From Gammaproteobacteria bacterium (GTDB taxonomy: Bacteria > Pseudomonadota > Gammaproteobacteria > JAJFKG01), in contig OZ220716.1 of assembly GCA_965116795.1 (NCBI GenBank), positions 810,503 through 874,502 on the forward strand: DNA of 64,000 bases. The letters are read 5' to 3'. A program made the position numbers and the translations under genes. The notes beneath the pieces were generated by a model. It was not told where the DNA came from and made no database searches. It worked only from the letters and a program-made list of their open reading frames with translations. How positions within the stretch are numbered: the first letter of the stretch is position 1; every line of letters starts with the position of its first letter. Positions 1 to 9,972 of this stretch are shown here, piece after piece.

Positions 1-336
1 TGCTAATAAACATGCACCAAAACGCCCATTCTGTACACGATTACTAGGGCATCCTACATTTAAATTAATTTCACTAAAACCTGCCACTGCCGCACGCTGT
101 ACACATGTTGCTAATGCCTGTGGATCACTACCACCTAATTGCAATGCAAGCGGTTGTTCTTGTGCTGAAAACTCAAGAAAACGTTCGGAGTCATTTGCAT
201 GTAATACTGCACCAGTTGTCACCATTTCAGTGTATAAACGGATATGTGGACTAAATAAGCGTAAAAAATAGCGACAATGACGATCGGTCCAATCTAACAT
301 TGGAGCAACGGCGATTTGTGGTGAGAACATTGGCAT
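1..336 (-). CDS. dusA: tRNA-dihydrouridine synthase A, 5' part (runs off window start)
   Basis: Manual translation from ATG at 336: [27 protein letters not shown]...[10 protein letters not shown]...[11 protein letters not shown], the typical DusA N-terminus; not in the ORF track. Confidence 0.93.
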   Translation of the reverse strand, partial: MPMFSPQIAVAPMLDWTDRHCRYFLRLFSPHIRLYTEMVTTGAVLHANDSERFLEFSAQEQPLALQLGGSDPQALATCVQRAAVAGFSEINLNVGCPSNRVQNGRFGACLLA

Positions 337-453
337 ATTATTTTTTTACTTATTAGAGGGCGAGGATCATAGCGAAAAACCAGTGTTTTATCCAATATTA
401 GCCAGTGTGAGGAAGTGATATCTTAGATAAGTTTTTGATGTTACAATCAATAC

Positions 454-1086
454 ATGAGTGAGATTGCTTTTCTACAAACATTAGCTAAGTGGGTTATTCC
501 AGTATTATTTGCGATTACGGTGCACGAAGTTGCCCATGGTTGGATTGCTAATAAGCTTGGCGATCCGACAGCTAAAATGTTAGGGCGGTTAACCTTAAAT
601 CCAGTCAAACATATCGATCCAATTGGAACAATTGTATTACCGTTACTCATGGTATTTACCACCGGTTTTGTATTTGGTTGGGCAAAACCAGTACCAATCA
701 CCTGGCAAAACTTACGTCATCCTAAACGTGATATTGCATTGGTTGCTATCGCCGGGCCTGGTGCCAATTTAGCAATGGCAATCTTCTGGGCTATTATCTT
801 TAAATTTGGTTTGTTGATGGAAAGCAGTGCATTGCAAGGCATGGGAGAAGCAGGCATTGCAGTTAACATCATTTTAATCGCATTAAATATGTTGCCTATT
901 CCTCCGTTAGATGGTTCGCGAGTTGTTGCGAGTTTTCTGCCAGGACCATGGGCGTGGCAATATTCTCGTTTAGAACGGTATGGTTTTATTATTATTATCG
1001 TATTATTAGTTACGAATATTTTACCTAAATTGATGTTGCCAATAGTAAAAGTGTTATACCAATTTATTGTAGCGTTGGTGAGTTAA
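454..1086 (+). CDS. Site-2 protease family (M50) membrane metalloprotease
   Basis: HEVAH zinc motif, AGPGAN and NMLPIPPLDG motifs. Confidence 0.92.
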   Translation: MSEIAFLQTLAKWVIPVLFAITVHEVAHGWIANKLGDPTAKMLGRLTLNPVKHIDPIGTIVLPLLMVFTTGFVFGWAKPVPITWQNLRHPKRDIALVAIAGPGANLAMAIFWAIIFKFGLLMESSALQGMGEAGIAVNIILIALNMLPIPPLDGSRVVASFLPGPWAWQYSRLERYGFIIIIVLLVTNILPKLMLPIVKVLYQFIVALVS

Positions 1087-1147
1087 TTAGTCTTTAGATT
1101 TTTTTGAGTAATTACGTTGTAATTATTAGCAATTAATGTTGGAGCTA

Positions 1148-1612
1148 CGTTATAAACCCTGCGGGTCCTGTCGCTTGCGCCACCCGCAGGGCAATACTAA
1201 TTAGCATTGTGTCTGTATTTCGTTACTGCCAGTGAGCAAATATATACTGCACTTGGTAATCACTTAACAACTTCAGTAACCGACTCTTGTTGAATACTCT
1301 TTTTCTCAGTGTCCGTCATCTCGTGTCTTTCGAGAAAAAATATTAACATTCCTTTTATACTATCTATTAAACTTCAGGAGTGATGCGAAATTATTCTTAA
1401 AGAATTTGTCGAATTCGCGTCTAAGGCAGAGTAATGTCTATAACATGCAGATAACTATCAAGTTAAAATGGGCCAATCTCATTGGCAATGATAATAATGG
1501 AAGATGATGTGTATTAGTATTCCCTGCGGGTGGTGCTGGAGCGGGGTCCCCAGTGCGCAGCTTGCGAGCACACTGGGGTGGCGCAAGCGACAGGACCCGC
1601 AGGGTTTAAACG
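1148..1612. repeat. Inverted pair of GC-rich REP-like palindromes (1148-1201 and 1513-1612) around an AT-rich spacer
   Basis: AAACCCTGCGGGTCCTGTCGCTTGCGCCACCC at left; its reverse complement at right, which carries a 48-bp nested insertion. Confidence 0.85.
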
Positions 1613-1626
1613 AAGATAATAAAAAA

Positions 1627-2469
1627 TCAATTTATTTGATCACGCAATTGACGTAATACAGGTTGAGTATCAACAGTAACATCATGCCAACGATTAAATG
1701 TTAGTGCAGCTTGTTCCACTAACATTCCTAAGCCATCAACTGCAGCTTGTGCCTGCTGTTGTTTAGCCCATTGAATAAATGGTGTCGGTGTGGTTGCATA
1801 ATTTAAATCATAGCAAACCATGTTAGTTAGTTGTTGGTCCGTTGTTAAAAAATCAGGCAATGCTGGTGTATCATGGGCTATTGCATAAATTAGTAAATCA
1901 ATGTCTGTTAAATAATCTTTAATTTGTGAAAAGTCTAATACAGTGATATTCCCTAGTAGTGCAAATTGCTTAGCTATTGCTTGTGCGCGTGAATAAGTAC
2001 GATTTGCTAAGTACAATGCAGCAGGTTTTTCTGTTAGTAACGATGGAATAATTCCGCGAACAGCTCCGCCGGCACCTATTATCAATATGCGTTCATTATT
2101 AATTGGCCAGTGTAAATTGTTGGTTAAATCACTAACCAGCCCTGTACCATCAGTGTTATCCCCTAATACAGTGCCAGTTTGGTCAAAACACAGTGTGTTC
2201 ACCGATTGTGCTATGTTGGCACGGGTAGTATGTTGTGTTGCATAATTGAATGCGTCTAATTTAAATGGCATGGTGACGTTAACACCACACACACTTTGAG
2301 TGCGTAATTGATCAATAGCATGTTTAAATGATGTATTAACAATATTATAAGGCTGATAGCAAATAGTTTTATTAGTTTGCTTAGCAAATAATTGATGGAT
2401 CAAAGGTGATAAGCTGTGTTGTACAGCATTACCAACAACAAAGTAATGTTTAGGTTGCATCATTATCAT
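1627..2469 (-). CDS. aroE: Shikimate dehydrogenase
   Basis: HSLSPLIH, GVNVTMPFK, DNTDG, GAGGA, GLGMLVEQA motifs. Confidence 0.95.
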   Translation of the reverse strand: MIMMQPKHYFVVGNAVQHSLSPLIHQLFAKQTNKTICYQPYNIVNTSFKHAIDQLRTQSVCGVNVTMPFKLDAFNYATQHTTRANIAQSVNTLCFDQTGTVLGDNTDGTGLVSDLTNNLHWPINNERILIIGAGGAVRGIIPSLLTEKPAALYLANRTYSRAQAIAKQFALLGNITVLDFSQIKDYLTDIDLLIYAIAHDTPALPDFLTTDQQLTNMVCYDLNYATTPTPFIQWAKQQQAQAAVDGLGMLVEQAALTFNRWHDVTVDTQPVLRQLRDQIN

Positions 2470-2472
2470 TCA

Positions 2473-2664
2473 CTATGAATGTTTAAGCAACATGATACAT
2501 AGCCCGACAAATGCAATTAAGATCAAGGCTAAAACCCCTAATGTGCTCATGGTTTTACTAAAATTAGCTTTAGTAAACGATGCCTTTTGATTGCGAATTA
2601 TTCTAAAACACCACCAGCATAATAATGCGGCGATAATGAAGAAAAATAGTTTAGACCAGTCCAT
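2473..2664 (-). CDS. Small two-TM hypothetical membrane protein
   Basis: Tightly packed in the operon, RBS-like AGGGGG, two hydrophobic segments. Confidence 0.75.
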   Translation of the reverse strand: MDWSKLFFFIIAALLCWWCFRIIRNQKASFTKANFSKTMSTLGVLALILIAFVGLCIMLLKHS

Positions 2665-2679
2665 ATTGCCCCCTTTTTA

Positions 2680-3639
2680 TTATTGAAAATACAATATAGC
2701 CAGGTAGGCCACATAACACAATAATAATAGTCCACCTGCTAATCGTGTAATACGCCCTGTTCGATGAAAACTGTACGATGCAACAAATAAAATTAGCGTT
2801 AATCCAACCATCACTGCATAATCACGATATAGTATATCTTTATTAATAGGGATTGGAGTGATGAGTGCGGGTAACCCAAGCACTAATAATATATTAAAAA
2901 TATTTGAACCTAAGATATTACCAATAGCAATATCATATTCTTGACGCAGTGCACCAACAAACGATGTTGCGATTTCTGGTAAACTGGTACCGATGGCAAC
3001 GACGGTTAACCCAATTACTAATTGACTGATGCCAAAGTGATGGCTCAATTTAACTGCGGCAAATACTAAAATACGTGCGCTGATTGGCAATAAAATTCCA
3101 CCTATGATTAACCATATTAGTGCACGCAACGTTGACATAGTATCGCGTATTTCTGTAGGAGATGCTTGTTGTACAGCATGATTATCAGCACATTGCAGCG
3201 ACTTGCTGATTAACCAGCCGATTGCAATACAAAAAGTAAATAATAGAAAATACCCATCTAATCGATTAAGCACACCATCGGTAATCAGTAACCCAAACAA
3301 TAACATCCCAATAAATAAAACAGGATATTCTTGACGTAAAATTGTTGAACGTACTTGTAATGGTTTGAACAATGCGATTAAACCGATCCCAAGACCAATG
3401 TTGGCAATGTTGGAACCAATCGCATTACCAATGATTAAATCAGTTTGCTGATGAATTGCTGCAATAATTGCTAAGACAATTTCTGGGGCGGATGTGCCAA
3501 TCGATACGATGGTTACACCAACTAATAATGGATTCATGCCCACGTTACGTGCGATATTAGCTGCACCGATGACAAAGCGATCCGCTGACCATACTAACAA
3601 CGCAATACCAATAATAAGTTCGAATAACATGAGTAGCAT
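2680..3639 (-). CDS. yrbG: Ca2+/Na+ antiporter (YrbG family)
   Basis: Two alpha-repeats: GTSAPE/GNAIGSN and GTSLPE/GNILGSN. Confidence 0.9.
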   Translation of the reverse strand: MLLMLFELIIGIALLVWSADRFVIGAANIARNVGMNPLLVGVTIVSIGTSAPEIVLAIIAAIHQQTDLIIGNAIGSNIANIGLGIGLIALFKPLQVRSTILRQEYPVLFIGMLLFGLLITDGVLNRLDGYFLLFTFCIAIGWLISKSLQCADNHAVQQASPTEIRDTMSTLRALIWLIIGGILLPISARILVFAAVKLSHHFGISQLVIGLTVVAIGTSLPEIATSFVGALRQEYDIAIGNILGSNIFNILLVLGLPALITPIPINKDILYRDYAVMVGLTLILFVASYSFHRTGRITRLAGGLLLLCYVAYLAILYFQ

Positions 3640-3654
3640 GCTAGTTCCTATTGA

Positions 3655-5106
3655 TCACAAACGCCAAAATGCAGGGCTAAATAGTACGAGTAGCGTGAAT
3701 ATTTCAAGTCGACCAGTTAACATGGTAAAGATTAAAATCCACTTTGCTGCGCCAGAGATATCTTTAAAATTTTCTGCAACGCTACCTAAGCCTGGGCCAG
3801 CATTGGAGATGCATGTTGCAACTGCACTGAATGACGTACGCAAATCTAAACCGGTTGCCATCATAGCTAGCACGTACACAGTAAATACTACAAGAAATAA
3901 TGCGATAAATCCCCACATCGCTTGAATAACCCGTTCGGATAATATGGTATTACCGAATTTTAATGCTAATACTGCCTTGGGATGAATTAACCGTTGTACT
4001 TCACGTGATCCTTGCTTGTAAAGTAATAACACGCGTAATACTTTAATACCGCCACTGGTTGAACCAGCACAACCGCCAATGACAGCGATGATCATCATCA
4101 TAATTGGTATGAAGGTTGGCCAGCCATCAAAATTCGCAGACACAAAACCAGTGGTTGATCCTAGTGCCACAATATTAAATAGACTTTGAATAAAGGCCTG
4201 GCCAGGATGTGCGTATATATTGTGAATACATAAGACAACGGTGCTGATCACAACAGCTACTAATAAAATATAGAGATACGCTTTAAATTCAGCATCACGC
4301 CAATAATGGTTGAGGCTGCCTTGTTGTACTGCGATAAAATGTAATGAGAAGCTCATGCTACTGATCAGCATGAAGAAAGTAGCAACGATATCTAACACGT
4401 TACTGTGATAATAAGCAAAACTAGCATCATGTGTTGAAAAACCACCAGTAGCAACCGTTGCAAAGCTATGTCCAATGGCATCAAATAAATCCATCCCGGC
4501 TGCCCAGAATGCTAAAGCGCATAATAATGCAATACCGACGTAGATATACCATAATGTTTTGGCAGTTTCAGTAATGCGTGGTGTGAGTTTATTGTCTTTG
4601 GTTGGTCCTGGTACTTCAGCGCGGTATAACTGCATACCCCCAATCCCTAACATCGGTAAAATCGCAACAGCCAACACGATGATCCCCATGCCGCCTAAGA
4701 ATTGTAATTGTTGACGGTAATATAATATTGCATGCGGCAGTTGATCTAATCCAATCAATACAGTTGCACCGGTTGTAGTGAAGCCAGATACCGTTTCAAA
4801 CATTGCATCGGTTAACGATTCATGTAAATTGTTAGCAAGCATTAGTGGAATAGCAGCAAAAAAACAGAAGACGAACCAAAATAACGACACAACCCAGAAA
4901 CCATCACGCGTTTTTAATTCGTGTCGATGTCGATGGAAAGGGACCCATAAACAAATACCCACACTAGCGGTAATAACAGCACTTAGAATAAACGGTTCAA
5001 TCGCACCATCTTGATATATCCAACCAACGAGTACGGGTGGTAGCATGCTTAGACTAAATAACAGCAGTAATAGTCCTAATACGCGACATATTGCAGTAAA
5101 TTGCAT
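3655..5106 (-). CDS. trkH: Trk potassium uptake membrane subunit
   Basis: SGFTTTGAT, ATGGFS, GSTSGGIK, GRLEIFT motifs. Confidence 0.96.
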   Translation of the reverse strand: MQFTAICRVLGLLLLLFSLSMLPPVLVGWIYQDGAIEPFILSAVITASVGICLWVPFHRHRHELKTRDGFWVVSLFWFVFCFFAAIPLMLANNLHESLTDAMFETVSGFTTTGATVLIGLDQLPHAILYYRQQLQFLGGMGIIVLAVAILPMLGIGGMQLYRAEVPGPTKDNKLTPRITETAKTLWYIYVGIALLCALAFWAAGMDLFDAIGHSFATVATGGFSTHDASFAYYHSNVLDIVATFFMLISSMSFSLHFIAVQQGSLNHYWRDAEFKAYLYILLVAVVISTVVLCIHNIYAHPGQAFIQSLFNIVALGSTTGFVSANFDGWPTFIPIMMMIIAVIGGCAGSTSGGIKVLRVLLLYKQGSREVQRLIHPKAVLALKFGNTILSERVIQAMWGFIALFLVVFTVYVLAMMATGLDLRTSFSAVATCISNAGPGLGSVAENFKDISGAAKWILIFTMLTGRLEIFTLLVLFSPAFWRL

Positions 5107-5118
5107 GGTATTCTCTTA

Positions 5119-6492
5119 TTAAAAATAATCTACATCAACTTGAAAGAGTTGTTCGACTTCGCCAATTCGTTTTCTATCAGCGAGAAATAGAATGATATGA
5201 TCATCAGATTCAATCACGATATCATCGCGACCAATTAGGGTTTCACCCTGACGTACAATGGCACCGATACTGACACCTTTAGGCAAACGCATTTCACCTA
5301 AGGTACGTCCAACAACATTCGAAGTACGTCGATCACCATGGGCAATGGCTTCAATGGCTTCAGCAGCACCGCGACGTAGTGAGTGTACTCGTACAATGTC
5401 ACCGCGACGTAAGTGTGTCAGGATGCTGCCGATGGTAGCATGTTGTGGTGATACAACAATATCAACATTGCTACCTTCAATTAAATCGATATAAGCAGTG
5501 CGGGTAATTAATGCTATTGCTGTTTTTGCGCCGAGACGTTTAGCTAACATTGCTGACATAATGTTGGCTTCATCATCATTGGTGACCGCACAGAAAATAT
5601 CAGTCGCATCGATATTTTCATCGATTAACAAATCTCTATCAGACACATCACCAAGCAATACGGTTGTTTGGTTTAATGTACTAGCTAATAGTTGGGTACG
5701 CTTTGTATTGTGTTCGAGCAGTTTGACATTAAAGTGTTGTTCAAGTGCAGCCGCCAAGCGAGAACCAATATTGCCACCACCTGCAATCATGATACGGTGA
5801 TAAGTATTATCAGAATGGCGGAAGATCGCAATTGCGTCGCGAACATGTTGATGTGCCGCAATAAAAAAGACTTCATCACCAATCTGAATAGTGGTTTCCT
5901 CAGTCAGTGGAATCGAACGATTACCACGATAAATCGCAGCAATGTGTACTGGCATATTGGGTAAGTACTCTGGTAGTGCGCTGATCCGTTTACCAACTAA
6001 TACCCCACCGTGTTGAGGGTGCAGTGCAACAAGTTGAACTGCACCATCGGCAAAATCTAACACTTGCAGTGCACCTGGGTATTCGATCAAACGTTCAACG
6101 TGATCTGTTACCAATTGTTCAGGGCTGATACATACATCGATAGGTAAATTATCATTGCTATATAAATTAGGGTGCATCAAATATGGATGTGCACGAATAC
6201 GGGCTATTTTACTAGGAGTATGAAACAATGTGTACGCAATCTGGCAAGCTAACATGTTGGTTTCATCGAAATTGGTAACCGCTATTAACATATCCGCATC
6301 TTCTGCGCCTGCTTGTTCGAGAATATCAGGATAAGAACCACACCCAACAATGGTACGCACATCTAAACGGTTTTGTAATTCACTTAGTCGTGCACTGTCA
6401 GTGTCAATAATAGTGACGTCATTATCTTCAAGTGCTAAGTTTTCTGCTAATGTGCCACCAACTTGCCCGGCACCTAGAATGATGATTTTCAT
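5119..6492 (-). CDS. trkA: Trk potassium uptake NAD-binding subunit
   Basis: MKIIILGAGQVG, second RCK domain GGGNIG, HSLRRGAAEAIE. Confidence 0.97.
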   Translation of the reverse strand: MKIIILGAGQVGGTLAENLALEDNDVTIIDTDSARLSELQNRLDVRTIVGCGSYPDILEQAGAEDADMLIAVTNFDETNMLACQIAYTLFHTPSKIARIRAHPYLMHPNLYSNDNLPIDVCISPEQLVTDHVERLIEYPGALQVLDFADGAVQLVALHPQHGGVLVGKRISALPEYLPNMPVHIAAIYRGNRSIPLTEETTIQIGDEVFFIAAHQHVRDAIAIFRHSDNTYHRIMIAGGGNIGSRLAAALEQHFNVKLLEHNTKRTQLLASTLNQTTVLLGDVSDRDLLIDENIDATDIFCAVTNDDEANIMSAMLAKRLGAKTAIALITRTAYIDLIEGSNVDIVVSPQHATIGSILTHLRRGDIVRVHSLRRGAAEAIEAIAHGDRRTSNVVGRTLGEMRLPKGVSIGAIVRQGETLIGRDDIVIESDDHIILFLADRKRIGEVEQLFQVDVDYF

Positions 6493-6552
6493 ATGTCCTT
6501 ATCCGTTACGATAACACTATCAATAGTGTAACCGATATAGTTGTTACCATAC

Positions 6553-6762
6553 TAGGCATTTTATCTGTTAACAAGTCTAATAGTGTAGATATACTCTTTT
6601 CCTTTATCCGTCATCCCGCGGCTTGACCGCGGGATGACGGTTGTGGGGAGAGAGGTAGTTGCGGGATGACGGCTGCGGGAGAATTTTTAATTTAGTTTCC
6701 TTAATTTAATGCTACTAGCTTTCATGTATCAGTTCATTGCAACGAATTATAAACAGCCCCTA
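6553..6762. mobile_element. MITE-like element carrying CGTC-type REP palindromes
   Basis: Right end AATTATAAACAGCCCCTA matches the terminal repeat of the 21088-21242 element; contains CCGTCATCCCGCGGCTTGACCGCGGGATGACGG at 6608-6640. Confidence 0.65.
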
Positions 6763-6796
6763 GATTTCATCATGAAAATTAGCGAGAATCGCAATC

Positions 6797-7615
6797 ATGT
6801 TTATTTTCGGTAAAATCATCGGTGGCTTATTTGGTCTATTGCTGGCGGGGCCATTGGGTGCATTGGTTGGGATTATTATTGGGCACACGTTTGATGATGG
6901 CTTACGTAAAAATTGGCAAGTGCATCCTCATCGATTTCATGCCAATCACCAACAAGCGCAACGTACATTTTTCACTGCAACGTTTTTAGTCATGGGTCAT
7001 TTAGCTAAGTGTGATGGCAGGGTCAGTGAACATGAAATTCGTATGGCACAAACGGTGATGAATCGCATGGGATTAAGTGCGAGTCAGCGACGTGAAGCGC
7101 GTGATTTATTTACTCAAGGTAAACAAGCCGATTTTATGATCGATCCAATATTACATCAATTGCATGATCATTGCGGCGGCGATCATCAATTATTGCAATT
7201 ATTTATCAATATCCAATTACAAGCAGCGTATGCGGATGGTCAATGTACTCAGAGCGAACGTCAATTATTACAACACATTTGTCAGCGATTAGGATTGGCT
7301 AACATTGATTACGATCAATTTGAAACGTTTTATCAATATGCTGATCATCGATCATCGCAGCATGGAAAATCGCGTTATGCTGGCAATCAACGTCAGCAAC
7401 ACACTTCATTAGCAGCAGCCTATCAATTACTGGGGATCCAACAGAGTGCCAGCAATGTGGAAGTGAAACGGGCATATCGTCGTCAAATGAGTCAGCATCA
7501 TCCGGATAAATTAGTCTCAAAAGGATTGCCAGCAGAAATGATTAAATTGGCCAATGAAAAAACGCAACAAATCAAACAGGCCTATGAGCAAATTAAACAG
7601 GCACGTGGGTGTTGA
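6797..7615 (+). CDS. djlA: Co-chaperone DjlA
   Basis: N-terminal TM GKIIGG, TerB-like middle, C-terminal J domain with HPD (HHPDKLVSKGLP). Confidence 0.95.
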   Translation: MFIFGKIIGGLFGLLLAGPLGALVGIIIGHTFDDGLRKNWQVHPHRFHANHQQAQRTFFTATFLVMGHLAKCDGRVSEHEIRMAQTVMNRMGLSASQRREARDLFTQGKQADFMIDPILHQLHDHCGGDHQLLQLFINIQLQAAYADGQCTQSERQLLQHICQRLGLANIDYDQFETFYQYADHRSSQHGKSRYAGNQRQQHTSLAAAYQLLGIQQSASNVEVKRAYRRQMSQHHPDKLVSKGLPAEMIKLANEKTQQIKQAYEQIKQARGC

Positions 7616-7742
7616 GTAAGCTATTATTTGGACATTTAATTGTTTATTGATTTTGTACGCAGAGTCCCTTAAAATTTCACCTATCTGTAGCACCTATAGA
7701 TTTAGCTAATGCAATAAATTTACTACAAGGACAGTAGTTAAC

Positions 7743-9167
7743 ATGATCAAAACCTATTTGCATGGAAGATTCATTGGTACAATTATATTAGCTGTTACCA
7801 TTGGGTTAGTTGCCCTATTGTCTTGCCCAGTAATCGCCGCGCCGTTAGCCACACAAACCAACAATACTGCAGCATCTCATAATAATGTATTTCAATCACC
7901 GTTATTTAGTATCGGTGCTTATGGGGATAAGACATTAGGGTTTATCGCCGAAGTTAGGCTAGCCAGTTACATTGGTGATAGCCAACGTTATGCAGGTGCA
8001 TTGGAAATCAACGCTGGACCTAAAATTTTTCGTGCCAATGCAACATACGGTTTTGATACAACCGACAATCAGCGGCTTAAGTTGACCTTTGATCGCTTGC
8101 AGCAAAAATTAGATTTTGATTTTGTAACGGGCACGACATCAACGTGGGTAGGACAAAATGCAATTGGTGCAGCGTACGCATTTTTATTTGATAATCCTTA
8201 TATTGAATCCTTTGATGTAGGAGGTTATTACGCGCATTCATCTAGCAAAACATTGTCGGAGCAAGATATCGTGTTTGATCCTGACCTAACAATAGAAACG
8301 GCAGACTATAGGCGCATTGCGGGTGCTGATGCGGGTAATGTACATGCTGATATCGTATTACGTTTATGGCCATATAGCCGTTTACGTGGTGGTATTGACT
8401 ATGATAGCGTTAAATTTGATACGAAAAACCGACATGGTAAAGATATCAATGGTGCTGGTGGTCATGTGCAACTGGAACAACGATTATTACCACAATTAAA
8501 AGCTAAATTCCGCACACGCTTGCAACAAACACAGCGTGAATATATGGGGAGTGTTGGTTGGTTGTTACCATCGCCTAAAGGTATGCAATTAGAATTGGAA
8601 GCAATCACTGATTATGTCGATAGCCGTGCAACTGCACATGACTTTTTTACCAGTGGCGGACGTTTAAATATCTCATTATCACCATCAACAGGTGTCTACA
8701 GTGATTTTGCCAGACAACAACAACAAAATTTACTAAGTTGGACTCAAGAACCTGCTGTGCGCATGACCGAAGTGTTAGCCATTGCTGATGGTAATGCGTT
8801 TGACTATATTAGGCCATTGACAACACAAGAGTTGATAAATAGTGGCCAGCCAGTTGTAGGCTTTAATTTTGGGGGGTGGCAAGCTGCATTTGGCAATGCT
8901 GCTTTTGATTTTAATAATGCAATTTTTCTCGGGGCTGCGTTTTTGCCTAGTGTATCAAACGGAACAGCATTTTATTATGATAGCAGTCAAGATTTATACT
9001 TTTTAATAATCCGAACTGATGTGAGTGGTGTAATAGGAGATAGTTGGGGTGATTCAGAGATTAACCCACCGCATACTGCGGGTGCTAATGCTGCTATGGG
9101 CACCATTGCCAATAATTATTGCAATGCGATTAATGAACCCGATCGCTGCCGTTTTAAACCCGACTAA
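7743..9167 (+). CDS. Secreted/outer-membrane beta-barrel protein, possibly inverse autotransporter-like
   Basis: Signal-peptide-like N-terminus, alternating amphipathic beta-strands over about residues 55-310, distinct C-terminal domain with a Cys pair; RBS AAGGA. CDS is likely; function is inferred. Confidence 0.6.
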   Translation: MIKTYLHGRFIGTIILAVTIGLVALLSCPVIAAPLATQTNNTAASHNNVFQSPLFSIGAYGDKTLGFIAEVRLASYIGDSQRYAGALEINAGPKIFRANATYGFDTTDNQRLKLTFDRLQQKLDFDFVTGTTSTWVGQNAIGAAYAFLFDNPYIESFDVGGYYAHSSSKTLSEQDIVFDPDLTIETADYRRIAGADAGNVHADIVLRLWPYSRLRGGIDYDSVKFDTKNRHGKDINGAGGHVQLEQRLLPQLKAKFRTRLQQTQREYMGSVGWLLPSPKGMQLELEAITDYVDSRATAHDFFTSGGRLNISLSPSTGVYSDFARQQQQNLLSWTQEPAVRMTEVLAIADGNAFDYIRPLTTQELINSGQPVVGFNFGGWQAAFGNAAFDFNNAIFLGAAFLPSVSNGTAFYYDSSQDLYFLIIRTDVSGVIGDSWGDSEINPPHTAGANAAMGTIANNYCNAINEPDRCRFKPD

Positions 9168-9270
9168 TTCATGTTCTTTTCTCCATTCTCTGACAATCAG
9201 CAGGTTGCAAAGAATAAGAGACTCAACATAACCAATTGATTTATAATCAAGTCATAAAAAACAGCCTTAT

Positions 9271-9293
9271 TAGGTCAATTTTTGCCCTATACT
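9271..9293 (+). promoter_or_regulatory. Palindromic operator-like site abutting a -10 box (TATACT)
   Basis: TAGGTCAA-TTT-TTGCCCTA, one mismatch from the perfect palindrome at 24448-24466. Confidence 0.5.
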
Positions 9294-9362
9294 TAAAAAA
9301 TAGAGGCAAATCAGCAATTTCGCTGGTTTTGGCTATGTATTCTCAAGCAATTCTATATATCG

Positions 9363-9965
9363 GTGAGTATGATGGCTACGCATGATAACAACAGTACAAT
9401 ACCCTTAACTGATAGTATTATCCAAGCGGATTTCTTGGTCAATCCATTTGCCGATGATTTAATTCCCTATCTAACTGATCCAAATACATTCACTGATATT
9501 ATTGATATTGGTGATGAACAAACGTCTGAACGATTGTTTCAACTCCCGATATCGACAATAACACCATTACCTGCCTATATTGGAGATGCATTTCATTCAC
9601 CGATGAGTGTTGGCTTATTACCACTTGCATTGTTGTTGCCATTGTTTGCTATGCAAGCTGAATCTACTAATCCAGACTTGTTATTTACTACTAATCATAT
9701 GAGTGTTGATGCTAATAGCGTAGCTGATGTTGTCGTTGGTGATCATTATGCAGAATTTTCTGCATTAAATGTGACGGACTTATTTGACATTGAGTTAGCA
9801 GATAACAGTGTGATGCCCACAACAACACTAACGATGAATAACGATACGACACCTGGTTTACTGGAACAACCACTGGATACCATGGCATTCTCAACGATTG
9901 ATTTACTGGCTGGTAACGACATGATCCTCCTACTGCCAGATTCTGAGTTGGTTAATAACACATAA
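9363..9965 (+). CDS. Hypothetical highly acidic protein
   Basis: 200-codon ORF filling the gap; no Lys and one Arg; start uncertain (GTG 9363 or nearby ATGs). Confidence 0.65.
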   Translation: MSMMATHDNNSTIPLTDSIIQADFLVNPFADDLIPYLTDPNTFTDIIDIGDEQTSERLFQLPISTITPLPAYIGDAFHSPMSVGLLPLALLLPLFAMQAESTNPDLLFTTNHMSVDANSVADVVVGDHYAEFSALNVTDLFDIELADNSVMPTTTLTMNNDTTPGLLEQPLDTMAFSTIDLLAGNDMILLLPDSELVNNT

Positions 9966-9972
9966 GTTGACA

